This document shows positions 47,350 to 56,462 of a DNA stretch of 64,000 bases, piece by piece. Under the pieces are notes generated by a model that was not told where the DNA came from, did no database searches, and saw only the letters and a program-made list of their open reading frames with translations. The position numbers were made by a program, and so were the translations under genes. The stretch comes from an uncultured bacterium (GTDB lineage Bacteria > Nitrospirota > Nitrospiria > Nitrospirales > Nitrospiraceae), in NCBI GenBank assembly GCA_965285945.1, contig CBDIWP010000044.1, positions 42,462 through 106,461 of the forward strand, given 5' to 3'. Each line of letters opens with the position of its first letter. The first letter of the stretch is position 1.

Positions 47350-50153
47350 GCTGCTAACGCCCAATTTAGTTCTTCAATGAGCTTATTCAGTTCGCTACCA
47401 AAGACTTGATATACTTTCCCAAGCCCACCTTCTTGAGCAAATGGCGCGTACTCGAAATCGTCCTGTTCAACCACGAGATTCGCCGCGACATGATCGCGGA
47501 TCATTTCCAGCCAGTGGCGCTGTTCGTCGGTGAACTTTCTGAGCTTCTCCTGTTGAGCCAACCAGCTCTTGAAATTCGCATCTACTAATTCAGGAAAGGG
47601 CACCAACTCCTTGTCCTGATGCGTGGCGAAGCGCACGAGGGAGACGAGATCTGTGAGGATGCGCTTGCCGCTCGCTCCTTTGACCTTAGACTTTTCCAGC
47701 GCGGCGTAGGCTTGCCAGAGTTGGGATTCACTCCAGAGATAGGGCGGCTTTTCGATAGCATCGGCCAGATCCTTGATGTCCTCGAACTTCAGCCGCTGTT
47801 TGTATGGCTTGCTGTAGAGGACTTGCAGAGCGGTGATCTCGTCTTTGTGCTCTTTGATGAACTGCTCGAACGACTGCACGATGGTGCGAGCCCGCGCCAA
47901 CGCGTCGGCGCTAAAGCAGGCTTCGATGACTTTATCCTGGCTGACGTGGTCGATGGTCAGTTCATTCTTCTTTTTGATGTCGATCAAGAGTTCGCGCAGC
48001 TTCGGATCGTGGAAGGGTTTAACTGCTTCGCTGATTAACGCTGCTGCGGCTTGCTGGATTTGTTGCTCGCTCGGCTTTTCGGTGCTGAACTGCTGCTTTG
48101 CTCGCTCTTCCTGCCGGTCAGGATTAACCGCTTCGACAAGTCGACGACTCAGATCTTTGAGGGAGTGCCCGCCGCTGATCTTCACAATCGCTTGTTCATC
48201 TTCCTTCGTAATCCGGTGCTCCATGCGGGCGAGGCGTCCGGCGATGCTGGTGAGTACATCTTCCTCTCTGTTCCCCAAAGCGACGGCTTGAAGTAGCTTC
48301 TCAAACGACACGCTGGGCTTCTTTTCCATCGGCCGCGCGTCCGTCTTATCCTGCTCGCAGACGCCGACGGCATCGACGATGACAAAGTGGTCTTTGGTCG
48401 TGGCGTCGGGCGTGACGGCCTTCAAATCATCCGGCTTGATGACGCGGACGCCGCGACCCTTCATTTGTTCGAAAAAGGTGCGGGATTTGACCGCGCGCAT
48501 GAAAATGACGATTTCGACCGGCTTGATGTCGGTGCCCGTGGCGATCATATCGACCGTGACGGCGATGCGGGGGTGATAGCTGTTCCGAAAACTTTTGATA
48601 AGGTCCTTGGGAGTGGCCCCGGTGGTGCGATAGGTGATCTTCTGCGCGAATTCGTTGCCCTTGCCGAATTCTTCACGGAGAATTTCGACGATATTCTCCG
48701 CGTGGGCGTCGTCCTTCGCAAAGACGAGGGTCTTGGGCACTTCGGTACGGCCGGGAAAGATGTCGGTGAAAAGCTTGTCCCTGAAGGCTTTGACGATGGT
48801 GCGGATCTGGTCCGGCGCGACCACATCGCGGTCGAGCTGGTCGGGATCATAGGCGAAGTCCTCATCAAGTCTCTCCCAACGCTTTGTCCGCGTCTCCCTA
48901 TTCATCAGCTGAACGCTATACCCGGCCTCAACCGTAGACCCTGCCTGCGTGATGGCCGTGAGGATACGGTACACGTCGTAATTGACGTTGACGCCGTCAG
49001 CTACGGCCTGCTCGTGGTTATATTCCATGACGAGGTTTTGATTGAAGAAGCCGAAGGTCTGCTTATTGGGCGTGGCGGTGAGGCCGATAAGGTGGGCATC
49101 GAAGTATTCCAGCACCTGCGCCTAGAGGTTGTAGATAGACCGGTGGCATTCGTCGGCGACGATGATGTCGAAGGTTTCAATTGGAATAGCGGGGTTATAT
49201 TCCAACGGTTCTGGCTTCTTGAACAGCCGCTCGAGACCAGCGACCGAAGCTTCTTCGTCTTCGTCCGACAGTTCCCGACCCTTCAGCATGGAATACATGC
49301 GCTGGATGGTGCTGATGCAGACGCGCGCGGTGTTGTCGATAGAATTGCCCGCCAACCGTTGGACAATAAACTCCTGGTCAAACTTCCAATTATTATATGG
49401 GGACACATACTGCTGGAATTCCTTCAGCGTCTGATCAGCCAAATTGCCACGATCGACCAGGAAAAGAATTCTTCGCGCGCCCGCGAATTTCAACAAACGA
49501 TACGCCAAGACAATTGCCAAAAGAGTTTTGCCAGACCCCGTGGCCATTTGGACCAATGACCGTCGTCTGTTATCGCGGAGCGATTGTTCAATATTCTTGA
49601 TTGCCTTAGGCTTCGGAGGCCACAGATCATCGACAAGCGGGGGCATTTGCCTGAGGCGACTTAGAAAGGTAGGTGTGGATTCGGCGGCGACCGATGCTCC
49701 ACCAAGATTGTTTGGCATTTCAGAACGCTCTGGCAGCCAGGAAGCAAGCGTTCCGGGTCGATGGAAACTGAAGACATGTCGGCTGCGTGGCTCGGGATCG
49801 AGGCCATTGGTGAAGCGCGTTTCGACTCCTGTGCTTTGATATAGAAATGACAGCGGTCGGATATGGGCCGGGAGAGAGTGGGGAAGACCTTTGCTATATT
49901 TCTCAGCTTGGATTTCGACGCCGGTCAGCGGGAAGCCTTCTTTCTTGGCCTCTATGACTCCTGCCGCCTTTCCATCTATATAGAGCAAATAGTCCGCGAA
50001 GCCGTGGCCGCTGGCGAGAGGGAAATTGGTGAGCGCAATACCTCTTGCGACGCTGACATTCGCTGCTCTGGTGTCTTGAATTACCCAGCCTGCTTCTTTC
50101 AACGCCTGATCAATCTTCTCGCGTGCTTTATCTTCCGGGGTCGGCATGCCCAA
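47346..50153 (-). pseudogene. hsdR: Type I R-M restriction subunit (EcoEI-like) interrupted by an in-frame amber codon
   Basis: ADY..IEAK nuclease, MATGSGKT, DECHRSIYNL-TAG-AQVLEYF, LTATP, QMKGRG; both halves are in the same frame (TAG at 49122-49124). Confidence 0.93.
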
Positions 50154-50252
50154 CGCCTCTCCGAAACCAGAATCGGCCAGCTGGTCATTCGAATGAATAG
50201 CGGAGAGGCTTACCCATTTTCCCTAAAGAAAGCAATCATTCTGATGGTGGGG

Positions 50253-50346
50253 GCTGGTTGGACAGGTCTGGTTGGTCTGTCTGGTTTGTCTCGTCTATCT
50301 GGTCTGTCTGGTTGGTTTCGTTTGTCTGGTTGGTTTGGTCTGTTTC
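50253..50346 (+). repeat. Degenerate 9-bp tandem array A (GTYTSGTYK-like), ~10 units
   Basis: gtctggttt gtctcgtct atctggtct gtctggttg gtttcgttt gtctggttg gtttggtct. Confidence 0.9.
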
Positions 50347-50442
50347 ACCGGCGCTTTTGTCGTGAACTCGGGCATTAGCTAGTCGCGCGGCATCGGCTTC
50401 GCGCCGATGCTGAGAGGCTGGGTACCAACCAAGGAGGCACTT

Positions 50443-50742
50443 ATGACAGCCACACGATCGACGTACACGTATGTAATTACCGCATTCCTGCTCGGATTTG
50501 GCTTGGGCGGGCTTTCGTTGCATGTGGCATCAGCGCAAGGAGTGTTGGGGTTGAAGACCTCCGTGAGCCAGATCGGGAGTTCCCTGGTCGAGATGCAGAA
50601 GAACGTGGATGACCTGCAAAAGCATATAGGCGTGATCAAGCAAGTGAAAGAACAGTTGTCCTCCCTCTCCCCAGCCGGTGGGGAAGCCGGTAAAATGGAC
50701 GGTGATTCCCTCAAGCAATTGGTTCCCGGAATGGGCAAATAA
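50443..50742 (+). CDS. Exported small coiled-coil protein
   Basis: AAGGAGG RBS, signal/TM segment, heptad segment. Confidence 0.78.
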   Translation: MTATRSTYTYVITAFLLGFGLGGLSLHVASAQGVLGLKTSVSQIGSSLVEMQKNVDDLQKHIGVIKQVKEQLSSLSPAGGEAGKMDGDSLKQLVPGMGK

Positions 50743-50745
50743 CCT

Positions 50746-50794
50746 GGTCGTTGGTCTGGTTGGTCTCGTTTGTCTGGTTGGTTTGGTTGTCTGG
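50746..50794 (+). repeat. 9-bp tandem array B
   Basis: gtctggttg gtctcgttt gtctggttg gtttggtt. Confidence 0.85.
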
Positions 50795-50844
50795 GATGGG
50801 AAGTAGGCGTCCTCCGAGAGCGCGACGAGGTACACGTCAGTGTG

Positions 50845-51663
50845 TCAGACGATCTTTATTCGTTCAAAGTCGACACCGGCGGGTGGTGGAGGGGATTTGA
50901 GCTTCATGCCTTTGAGGGCGTCCACCACCCGGTCGGCGACGACGAGGTTCCGGTACCACTTGTGGTTCGCCGGCACGATATACCAGGGCGCATAGTCCGT
51001 GCTGGTGGCTGAGAGCACGTCTTCGAATGCCTTCATATAGTCGTCCCAGAGCTTCCGCTCTTCTAGGTCGCCCTCGTTGAACTTCCACCGTTTCTCGGGA
51101 TCGCGAAGGCGAGCTTCCAGTCGCTCTTTTTGTTCGTCTTTAGAGATGTGCAAAAAGAACTTGAGGATCGTGGTCCCGTTCTCGGCCAGCATGTCTTCAA
51201 AGTTGTTGATCTGGATGAACCGCTGGCTCGCCACTTCTTCTGAAATCATCCTGTGGACCCGCGTAATGAGCACATCTTCATAATGGGACCGGTTGAAGAT
51301 GCCGATGTGTCCTTTGGGCGGCACTTCGTGATGGACGCGCCAAAGAAAGTCGTGGGCGAGTTCGCTGTTGGAGGGGGTCTTGAACGTGGCTACCCGGCAC
51401 CCTTGCGGATTCACGCCCGACATGACGTGCTTGATCGTGCCATCCTTCCCGCTTGTGTCCATCCCTTGGAGTACGATGAGCAACGATCGGTTTGCATTGG
51501 CGTAGAGGTACTCTTGAAGGCGGTCGAGTTTGGCCGTGAGTTCCGCGGTGATTGTCTTGACCTGCTCCTTCCCCTGATTTGTCTTTTCGTACTCGCCCGT
51601 GTCGCTGGGGTCATACTTGTCTAAGTTCAGCTTCGAGTCTGACTTGACACGATACTCCTTCAT
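50845..51663 (-). CDS. ppk2: Polyphosphate kinase 2 family protein (class III-like)
   Basis: QGMDTSGKDG, HDFLWR, FNRSHYEDVL, DLEER, PWYIVPA..KW.R. Confidence 0.94.
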   Translation of the reverse strand: MKEYRVKSDSKLNLDKYDPSDTGEYEKTNQGKEQVKTITAELTAKLDRLQEYLYANANRSLLIVLQGMDTSGKDGTIKHVMSGVNPQGCRVATFKTPSNSELAHDFLWRVHHEVPPKGHIGIFNRSHYEDVLITRVHRMISEEVASQRFIQINNFEDMLAENGTTILKFFLHISKDEQKERLEARLRDPEKRWKFNEGDLEERKLWDDYMKAFEDVLSATSTDYAPWYIVPANHKWYRNLVVADRVVDALKGMKLKSPPPPAGVDFERIKIV

Positions 51664-51710
51664 GGCCGCCGCCTCCCGCTCAATTGCTTGTGACTGAGCG
51701 AGATTCTACT

Positions 51711-51839
51711 CTTTGTCTGGTTTGTCTTGTTTGTCTGGTTTATTTGGTTGGTCTGGTGGGAAGGCAAGAAAAGCGACAGTGGCAGGAAGGTCTATCTTGT
51801 CTATCTGGTTCCTTTGGTTTGTTTCGTTTGTCTGGTTGG
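51711..51839 (+). repeat. 9-bp tandem arrays C1 and C2 separated by a ~32-nt purine-rich spacer
   Basis: gtctggttt gtcttgttt gtctggttt atttggttg ... atcttgtct atctggttc ctttggttt gtttcgttt gtctggttg. Confidence 0.88.
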
Positions 51840-51893
51840 AAGAGCAGGAGGAGAGGAGGGGGGTGGGAAAGGGACTGATAGAAGAGCCTGCTG

Positions 51894-51959
51894 CTATTTC
51901 ACTCCCCCTTTATTCACCTCTCCTGTATTGCCTGAGCCGATGGGGTAGCTGGCGATGCC
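51894..51959 (-). repeat. Diverged 66-bp copy of the 3' end of the toxin gene (52283-52348)
   Basis: 28 bp identical, 7 mismatches in total; encodes GIASYPIGSGNTGEVNKGGVK* versus GIASYPIGSANTGEVNKSGVK*. Confidence 0.92.
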
Positions 51960-51991
51960 GTCAGATACGTCGCAGGCTGTGCTTGTGCTCG

Positions 51992-52282
51992 TCAGGCGGC
52001 GGCTGAGCGTTTAACGCGCACGTCGACCTTCAGGCCGGCATGGGTCAGCATGGTGATGAGACTATCCACACTGAATAGATCGATTTTCCCGCGCATGAGG
52101 TCGCTGATTCGAGGTTGCGTTACACCGAACCGCTCGGCCGCCTGCTTCTGGGTCATGCCCTTTTCTCGGACAAACTTCTCTAGCTCCACCATGAGCATCG
52201 CCCGCACTTTCAGATTGGCCGCCCCCTCAGCACCAAATCCCAAATCCTGAAAGACATTGCTCGTCGCCGCGCGGTTCTTCAT
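51992..52282 (-). CDS. XRE-family HTH protein (HigA-like antitoxin), orphan
   Basis: NVFQDLGF..A.NLK, TQ.QAAERFGVTQPRISDL.RGKIDLFS.D.L. Confidence 0.9.
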   Translation of the reverse strand: MKNRAATSNVFQDLGFGAEGAANLKVRAMLMVELEKFVREKGMTQKQAAERFGVTQPRISDLMRGKIDLFSVDSLITMLTHAGLKVDVRVKRSAAA

Positions 52283-52978
52283 CTACTTCACTCCCGATTT
52301 ATTCACTTCTCCCGTGTTGGCTGAGCCGATGGGGTAGCTGGCGATGCCCATCTCGTTCAGGATCTCGATCAGGTAGGTCTCGGCTTCTTTTTTGGTGCGC
52401 TTGCCTGGTCGATTGAAGAAGTCTTCCCACCGGCCGTTGTAGTCGTCCTTCACATGGACGCCGTCTTTGCCGATGTGTTTCTCTACCGGCAGCTGCATCA
52501 GGTAATCATCCACGTCGATCCCGATCGTCTTGAACTGCTGATAAAAGGTTTGGGGAAACACATGATGCAGGTGTGTGCGCACATCGGCGCGCGTCTTGAC
52601 GATCTCGTCTTTCGAGGATTTTGATTTGTCCTTCTTGCCTCCGGGTGGCGGTCCGCTCGGGGCTGAAGCCGGCTGGTCTTGAGCGGGTTCGGCGGCCGGC
52701 CTGTCCGGCTCTTCATCTTTGTAGAGCGCTCCAATATAGTTTGGTGCCCCTTCGCCTTCTTTGGGTTTGTCGAAACAGTAGGCGATGGTCGGATCGCCGG
52801 GTTTCGGCTCTGTGTGGCTGAATTGGTAGGCGCTGCCCGAATCGATCATGGCCTTGCAAGCGGCGGCGGCACTCCCGTACTGGCCGCCCGAACTGTTGGT
52901 CCAGCCGGCATGGCTGGAATGGCTCAGGCCGATGAGCAGGAATGTGATGAGCCAGGCGGTCGTCTTGGTAGTGGTCAT
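52283..52978 (-). CDS. Secreted protein with C-terminal HNH/AHH-like (DUF2380-type) putative toxin domain
   Basis: Signal peptide (SHA/GW), two-Cys N-domain, Pro/Lys linker, HHVFPQ.F...F...GIDVD....LP...H....H...YN..W..F. Confidence 0.75.
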   Translation of the reverse strand: MTTTKTTAWLITFLLIGLSHSSHAGWTNSSGGQYGSAAAACKAMIDSGSAYQFSHTEPKPGDPTIAYCFDKPKEGEGAPNYIGALYKDEEPDRPAAEPAQDQPASAPSGPPPGGKKDKSKSSKDEIVKTRADVRTHLHHVFPQTFYQQFKTIGIDVDDYLMQLPVEKHIGKDGVHVKDDYNGRWEDFFNRPGKRTKKEAETYLIEILNEMGIASYPIGSANTGEVNKSGVK

Positions 52979-53023
52979 GTTTGTTTCGTTTATGTCGTTT
53001 GTTTGGTTTATTTGGTTTATCTC
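52979..53023 (+). repeat. 9-bp tandem array D abutting the toxin start codon
   Basis: gtttcgttt atgtcgttt gtttggttt atttggttt atctcg. Confidence 0.85.
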
Positions 53024-53190
53024 GGCGGGGATGGGAACAAGATTTGTAACGGCTCCAGCACCTGGCATTTTGCGGGGGCCAGCATACCCTGCTGCATTCA
53101 AGAATCCAATACGGCGACGCGATCGTGAGACCCAACCTGCCACATACCATGTCGCCGGTCTACTTAAGCCATGCTACTATGACATGAACT

Positions 53191-54264
53191 ATGGCGATTG
53201 AAGACGAGAGCCAGCCTGCCGAAGAACCTGCCATCGCTGCCCCGCCGCCGGATCTCAGCGATTGGGCCACGTGGCCGGATGAGAAGTTGCTGGATCTTCG
53301 GCTCTGCGACCTCGATCTCAAGATTGCCGGCAGCAATCTGGAGGAGCGCATCGCGCAGCTGTACCGCGAACTCGAGGAGCGCGGCCTCAGCTTTCGTCCC
53401 CATTTCTGGCTGTCCGACGAATGGTTTTGTCCGGACGATGTGCCCGGCATCGCGATCCCGTTCTATCTCGCCCATCCCCGGCTCGCCAAGCTCGAACTGA
53501 CCCAGATACTCGAAGTCGAAGGCGGTGAGGCCGACTGGTGCATGCGCATCCTGCGGCATGAGGCGGGCCATGCTATCGAAAACGCCTTCAAGCTGCGGCG
53601 GAAGCGGCAGCGGCGCGAATTGTTCGGCAACAGCTCGGAGCCGTATCCCAACGATTATTCTCCCAAGCCCTATAGCAAGAGCTTCGTGCTGCATCTCGAC
53701 TCCTGGTACGCGCAAAGTCATCCCGACGAGGACTTTGCGGAAACCTTTGCCGTCTGGCTGACGCCCAATTCTCAATGGAAGTCGCGCTATGCCGGATGGC
53801 CTGCGCTGAAAAAGCTACAGTATGTCGATCAGCTCATGCAGAGCTTGGTGGGCCGGACTCCGCTCAATCTCTCAACCGAAGAAGTCGATCCGCTCCGGCG
53901 CCTGCGGACCACGCTGCGCCGGCATTACAAGAAAAAGCGCCGGCATTACGGGGTCGAGCATCCGGCGTTCAATCCCCGGGACCTGCAGTGGTTCTTCTCC
54001 GATAAGCCGGAACATGCGGGCAACATGACGGCGGTCCGCTTTCTCATGAAGATCCGGAAGCCGGTGCGCCGTCTCGTCGCCGGGTGGACGGGGGTGTATC
54101 AATACACGATCGACCAGGTCTTCGAAGACATGATCGCGCACTGCCGCCCGCGGAACCTTCGTCTCGCGGTGCCTGAGGAGCAGGCCAAACAGGAGTTCAC
54201 GGTCTTCCTGACCGTGCAGGCGATGAATTACGTCCACACCGGCGGCCGGCGGGTGGCGTTATGA
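53191..54264 (+). CDS. Putative zinc-binding metallopeptidase (zincin)
   Basis: LRHEAGH (HExxH), YAQSHPDEDFAETFAVWL, KKLQYV. Confidence 0.88.
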   Translation: MAIEDESQPAEEPAIAAPPPDLSDWATWPDEKLLDLRLCDLDLKIAGSNLEERIAQLYRELEERGLSFRPHFWLSDEWFCPDDVPGIAIPFYLAHPRLAKLELTQILEVEGGEADWCMRILRHEAGHAIENAFKLRRKRQRRELFGNSSEPYPNDYSPKPYSKSFVLHLDSWYAQSHPDEDFAETFAVWLTPNSQWKSRYAGWPALKKLQYVDQLMQSLVGRTPLNLSTEEVDPLRRLRTTLRRHYKKKRRHYGVEHPAFNPRDLQWFFSDKPEHAGNMTAVRFLMKIRKPVRRLVAGWTGVYQYTIDQVFEDMIAHCRPRNLRLAVPEEQAKQEFTVFLTVQAMNYVHTGGRRVAL

Positions 54265-55283
54265 AACCCCTCAAGGTCCTGGTGCTGATGCACAAGCAGC
54301 TCGTGCCGCCTCAGGACACCTCCGGCCTCGACACGCACAACGCCCCATGGAAGACCGAGTTCGACGTCCTGACGACCCTGCGGCACATGGGCCATGAGGT
54401 CGATCCGTTGGGGGTGGACAGCGATCTCGGCATCATCCGCAATGCCATCGATGCCGGGAAACCCCACATCGTCTTCAATTTGCTGGAAGCCTTCCACAAC
54501 GTCAGCCTCTTCGAGCCGCACGTGGTGAGTTATCTGGAATTGCTGCGGATTCCCTATACGGGCTGTAACCCGCGCGGCCTGCTGCTCGCCAAGGACAAGG
54601 GGCTGTCGAAGAAGCTGCTGGCGTATCACCGTATTCCGATGCCCGACTTCGCCGTCTTTCGCCGGGGACGCAAGGTCCGGGTGCCGAAGCGCCTGACCTA
54701 TCCCCAGATCGTCAAATCGCTGACCGAGGAGTCGTCGCTCGGCATCTCGCAGGCCTCGGTCGTCGAGGACGAGCAGAAGCTGTGCGACCGCATCCGCTTC
54801 ATCCATGAGAGCGTCGGCACCGATGCGCTGGTCGAACAATTCATCGACGGCCGCGAACTCTATGTCGGGGTGATGGGCAATCAGCGGTTGCGCGTGCTGC
54901 CGGTGTGGGAAATGCAATTTACCAAGATGCCCGACGACGTCCACCGGATCGCCACGGCGCGGGTCAAATGGAACCAGACGTACCAGGAGAAACACGGCAT
55001 TCAGACGGTGGAACTCAAGGACGCGCCCGACGGCGCCATCGAGCGCGTCCGGCATCTCTGCGAACGCGTCTACCGCGCGCTGGACTTGAGCGGCTATGCG
55101 CGGATCGATTTACGGCTGGCCAAAGACGGCCGGATCTATGTGCTCGAGGCCAATCCGAATCCGCAAATCGCCCAGGGGGAAGATTTCGCCGAATCGGCCA
55201 AACAGGCCGGCATGCCGTACGAGAAGCTGCTCCAGCACATTCTCACCCTCGGTCTTCAGTGGCAGCCGGAATCGTATGGGTAA
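54261..55283 (+). CDS. Ddl-like ATP-grasp ligase
   Basis: VFNL.E, PYTG, DK.LSK, SLGI, VEQFIDGRE, YARIDLR, LEANPNP; ATGA-coupled to the peptidase. Confidence 0.9.
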   Translation: MKPLKVLVLMHKQLVPPQDTSGLDTHNAPWKTEFDVLTTLRHMGHEVDPLGVDSDLGIIRNAIDAGKPHIVFNLLEAFHNVSLFEPHVVSYLELLRIPYTGCNPRGLLLAKDKGLSKKLLAYHRIPMPDFAVFRRGRKVRVPKRLTYPQIVKSLTEESSLGISQASVVEDEQKLCDRIRFIHESVGTDALVEQFIDGRELYVGVMGNQRLRVLPVWEMQFTKMPDDVHRIATARVKWNQTYQEKHGIQTVELKDAPDGAIERVRHLCERVYRALDLSGYARIDLRLAKDGRIYVLEANPNPQIAQGEDFAESAKQAGMPYEKLLQHILTLGLQWQPESYG

Positions 55284-55380
55284 TCCGGCTGGGGCGTTCC
55301 CACGATCCGTCTACAGTGAATAGTTTCCGGTTTTCTTGCTGATGTATTATCAGAAAGGTCGAACTCTAGAGAGGTGACTC

Positions 55381-56166
55381 GTGCTGGTACATATCGTGGC
55401 CGACTATGGAACCGGCGACCTCGCTTTTGCCGAGGTGGTGCAGCGGATCAAGTCGCACCTGCCGGATGCCGAACTGGTCTCCGTGCCGGTCCCGGCCTTT
55501 TCCACCATCGCGGCCGGATTCTGTATCGCTCAATTGGGCCTCCATGCCGCTCCGCCCGGCACCTTGATCTATCACAACGTGGCGCCGCGCGAGGACGATC
55601 CGGCGGCCCGGTCCGGCAACGCGGGCGAACGATTGGCCTATGCCCGGCTTCCGACGGGGGTCCGGGTGATCGGCGTCAACGCCGGCTATGCCCTGTCGTT
55701 TATCAAGGATGTTGCGGAGAAATTCAGGTGGGCGGCTTCCCCGGCGGAAGGCAGCCAGTTTCGCTCACGGGACGTCTTCCCCCAGGCGGCCGCCGCCATC
55801 GCCCTGGGACTGCCCACGGCGCTGGGCGACGAGATCGACCGCCGTTCGCTGCCGGAGCCTCCGTCCTCCGTGATCGCCTATGTCGATGGGTATGGCAACC
55901 TCAAGACCACCATCGCCTACGATGCCAAGAAGGTTCGTCCGGGGAAGCGCATCCGGGTGCGCATCAACGATCAGATGCATGAGGCGACGGTGAGTGACGG
56001 GGCCTTTGCCGTGCCGCACGGCGACCTGGCGTTTGCACCGGGGAGCAGCGGCTGGCCGCTTCGCAATGGCGTCGATGTCCGCTGGGTGGAGGTTTTTCTC
56101 CGCGGCGGCAATGCCTGGGAGCTGTTCGGCAGACCGGCGGTCGGCTCCGCCATCTCGATCGAGTAG
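55381..56166 (+). CDS. SAM hydroxide adenosyltransferase / chlorinase-fluorinase family (DUF62)
   Basis: ADYG.GD, QFRSRDVF, YVDGYGNLKT. Confidence 0.85.
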   Translation: MLVHIVADYGTGDLAFAEVVQRIKSHLPDAELVSVPVPAFSTIAAGFCIAQLGLHAAPPGTLIYHNVAPREDDPAARSGNAGERLAYARLPTGVRVIGVNAGYALSFIKDVAEKFRWAASPAEGSQFRSRDVFPQAAAAIALGLPTALGDEIDRRSLPEPPSSVIAYVDGYGNLKTTIAYDAKKVRPGKRIRVRINDQMHEATVSDGAFAVPHGDLAFAPGSSGWPLRNGVDVRWVEVFLRGGNAWELFGRPAVGSAISIE

Positions 56167-56276
56167 CGTGTGAGACGTACGACGTTAAACCGACCGTTAT
56201 GTTCTGCGGAGGGGTCTGAAGATACTTGCGAGCAGCGCTAGTGACGGTTATGGCCGTTCCCTGTAGAATAGCCGCC

Positions 56277-56462
56277 ATGACAGCATCCTCCTCACTCTTC
56301 GATCAGAACGGATCCCGTCGTCCAAGCAAGCTTGGTCGCCAGCTGGAGCTGAGAAAACTCGAAGCAGCGCGGCAACTCACTCCGGAACAGCGGCTATTGC
56401 TGGCACTCGAACTCTCTGATGCAGCCGCCGTCTTGCACAACGCGTGTTCCAAGAAGCGCTAA
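56277..56462 (+). CDS. Small putative antitoxin
   Basis: 61 aa, RQLTPEQRL..ALELSD; overlaps the downstream nucleotidyltransferase; -10 TAGAAT 7 nt upstream. Confidence 0.65.
   Translation: MTASSSLFDQNGSRRPSKLGRQLELRKLEAARQLTPEQRLLLALELSDAAAVLHNACSKKR

Noticed and set aside
51894-52348. Diversity-generating retroelement TR/VR pair
   Set aside because: Mismatches are not adenine-specific (G/C, T/C and GG/TC changes) and there is no reverse transcriptase in the window.
50253-53023. CRISPR array interpretation of the 9-bp repeats
   Set aside because: No constant 23-47 nt repeat with unique spacers, and no cas genes in the window.
54261-55283. Calling this gene ddl
   Set aside because: It lacks the Ddl N-terminal GG.S.E and omega-loop motifs and is not in a cell-wall cluster.
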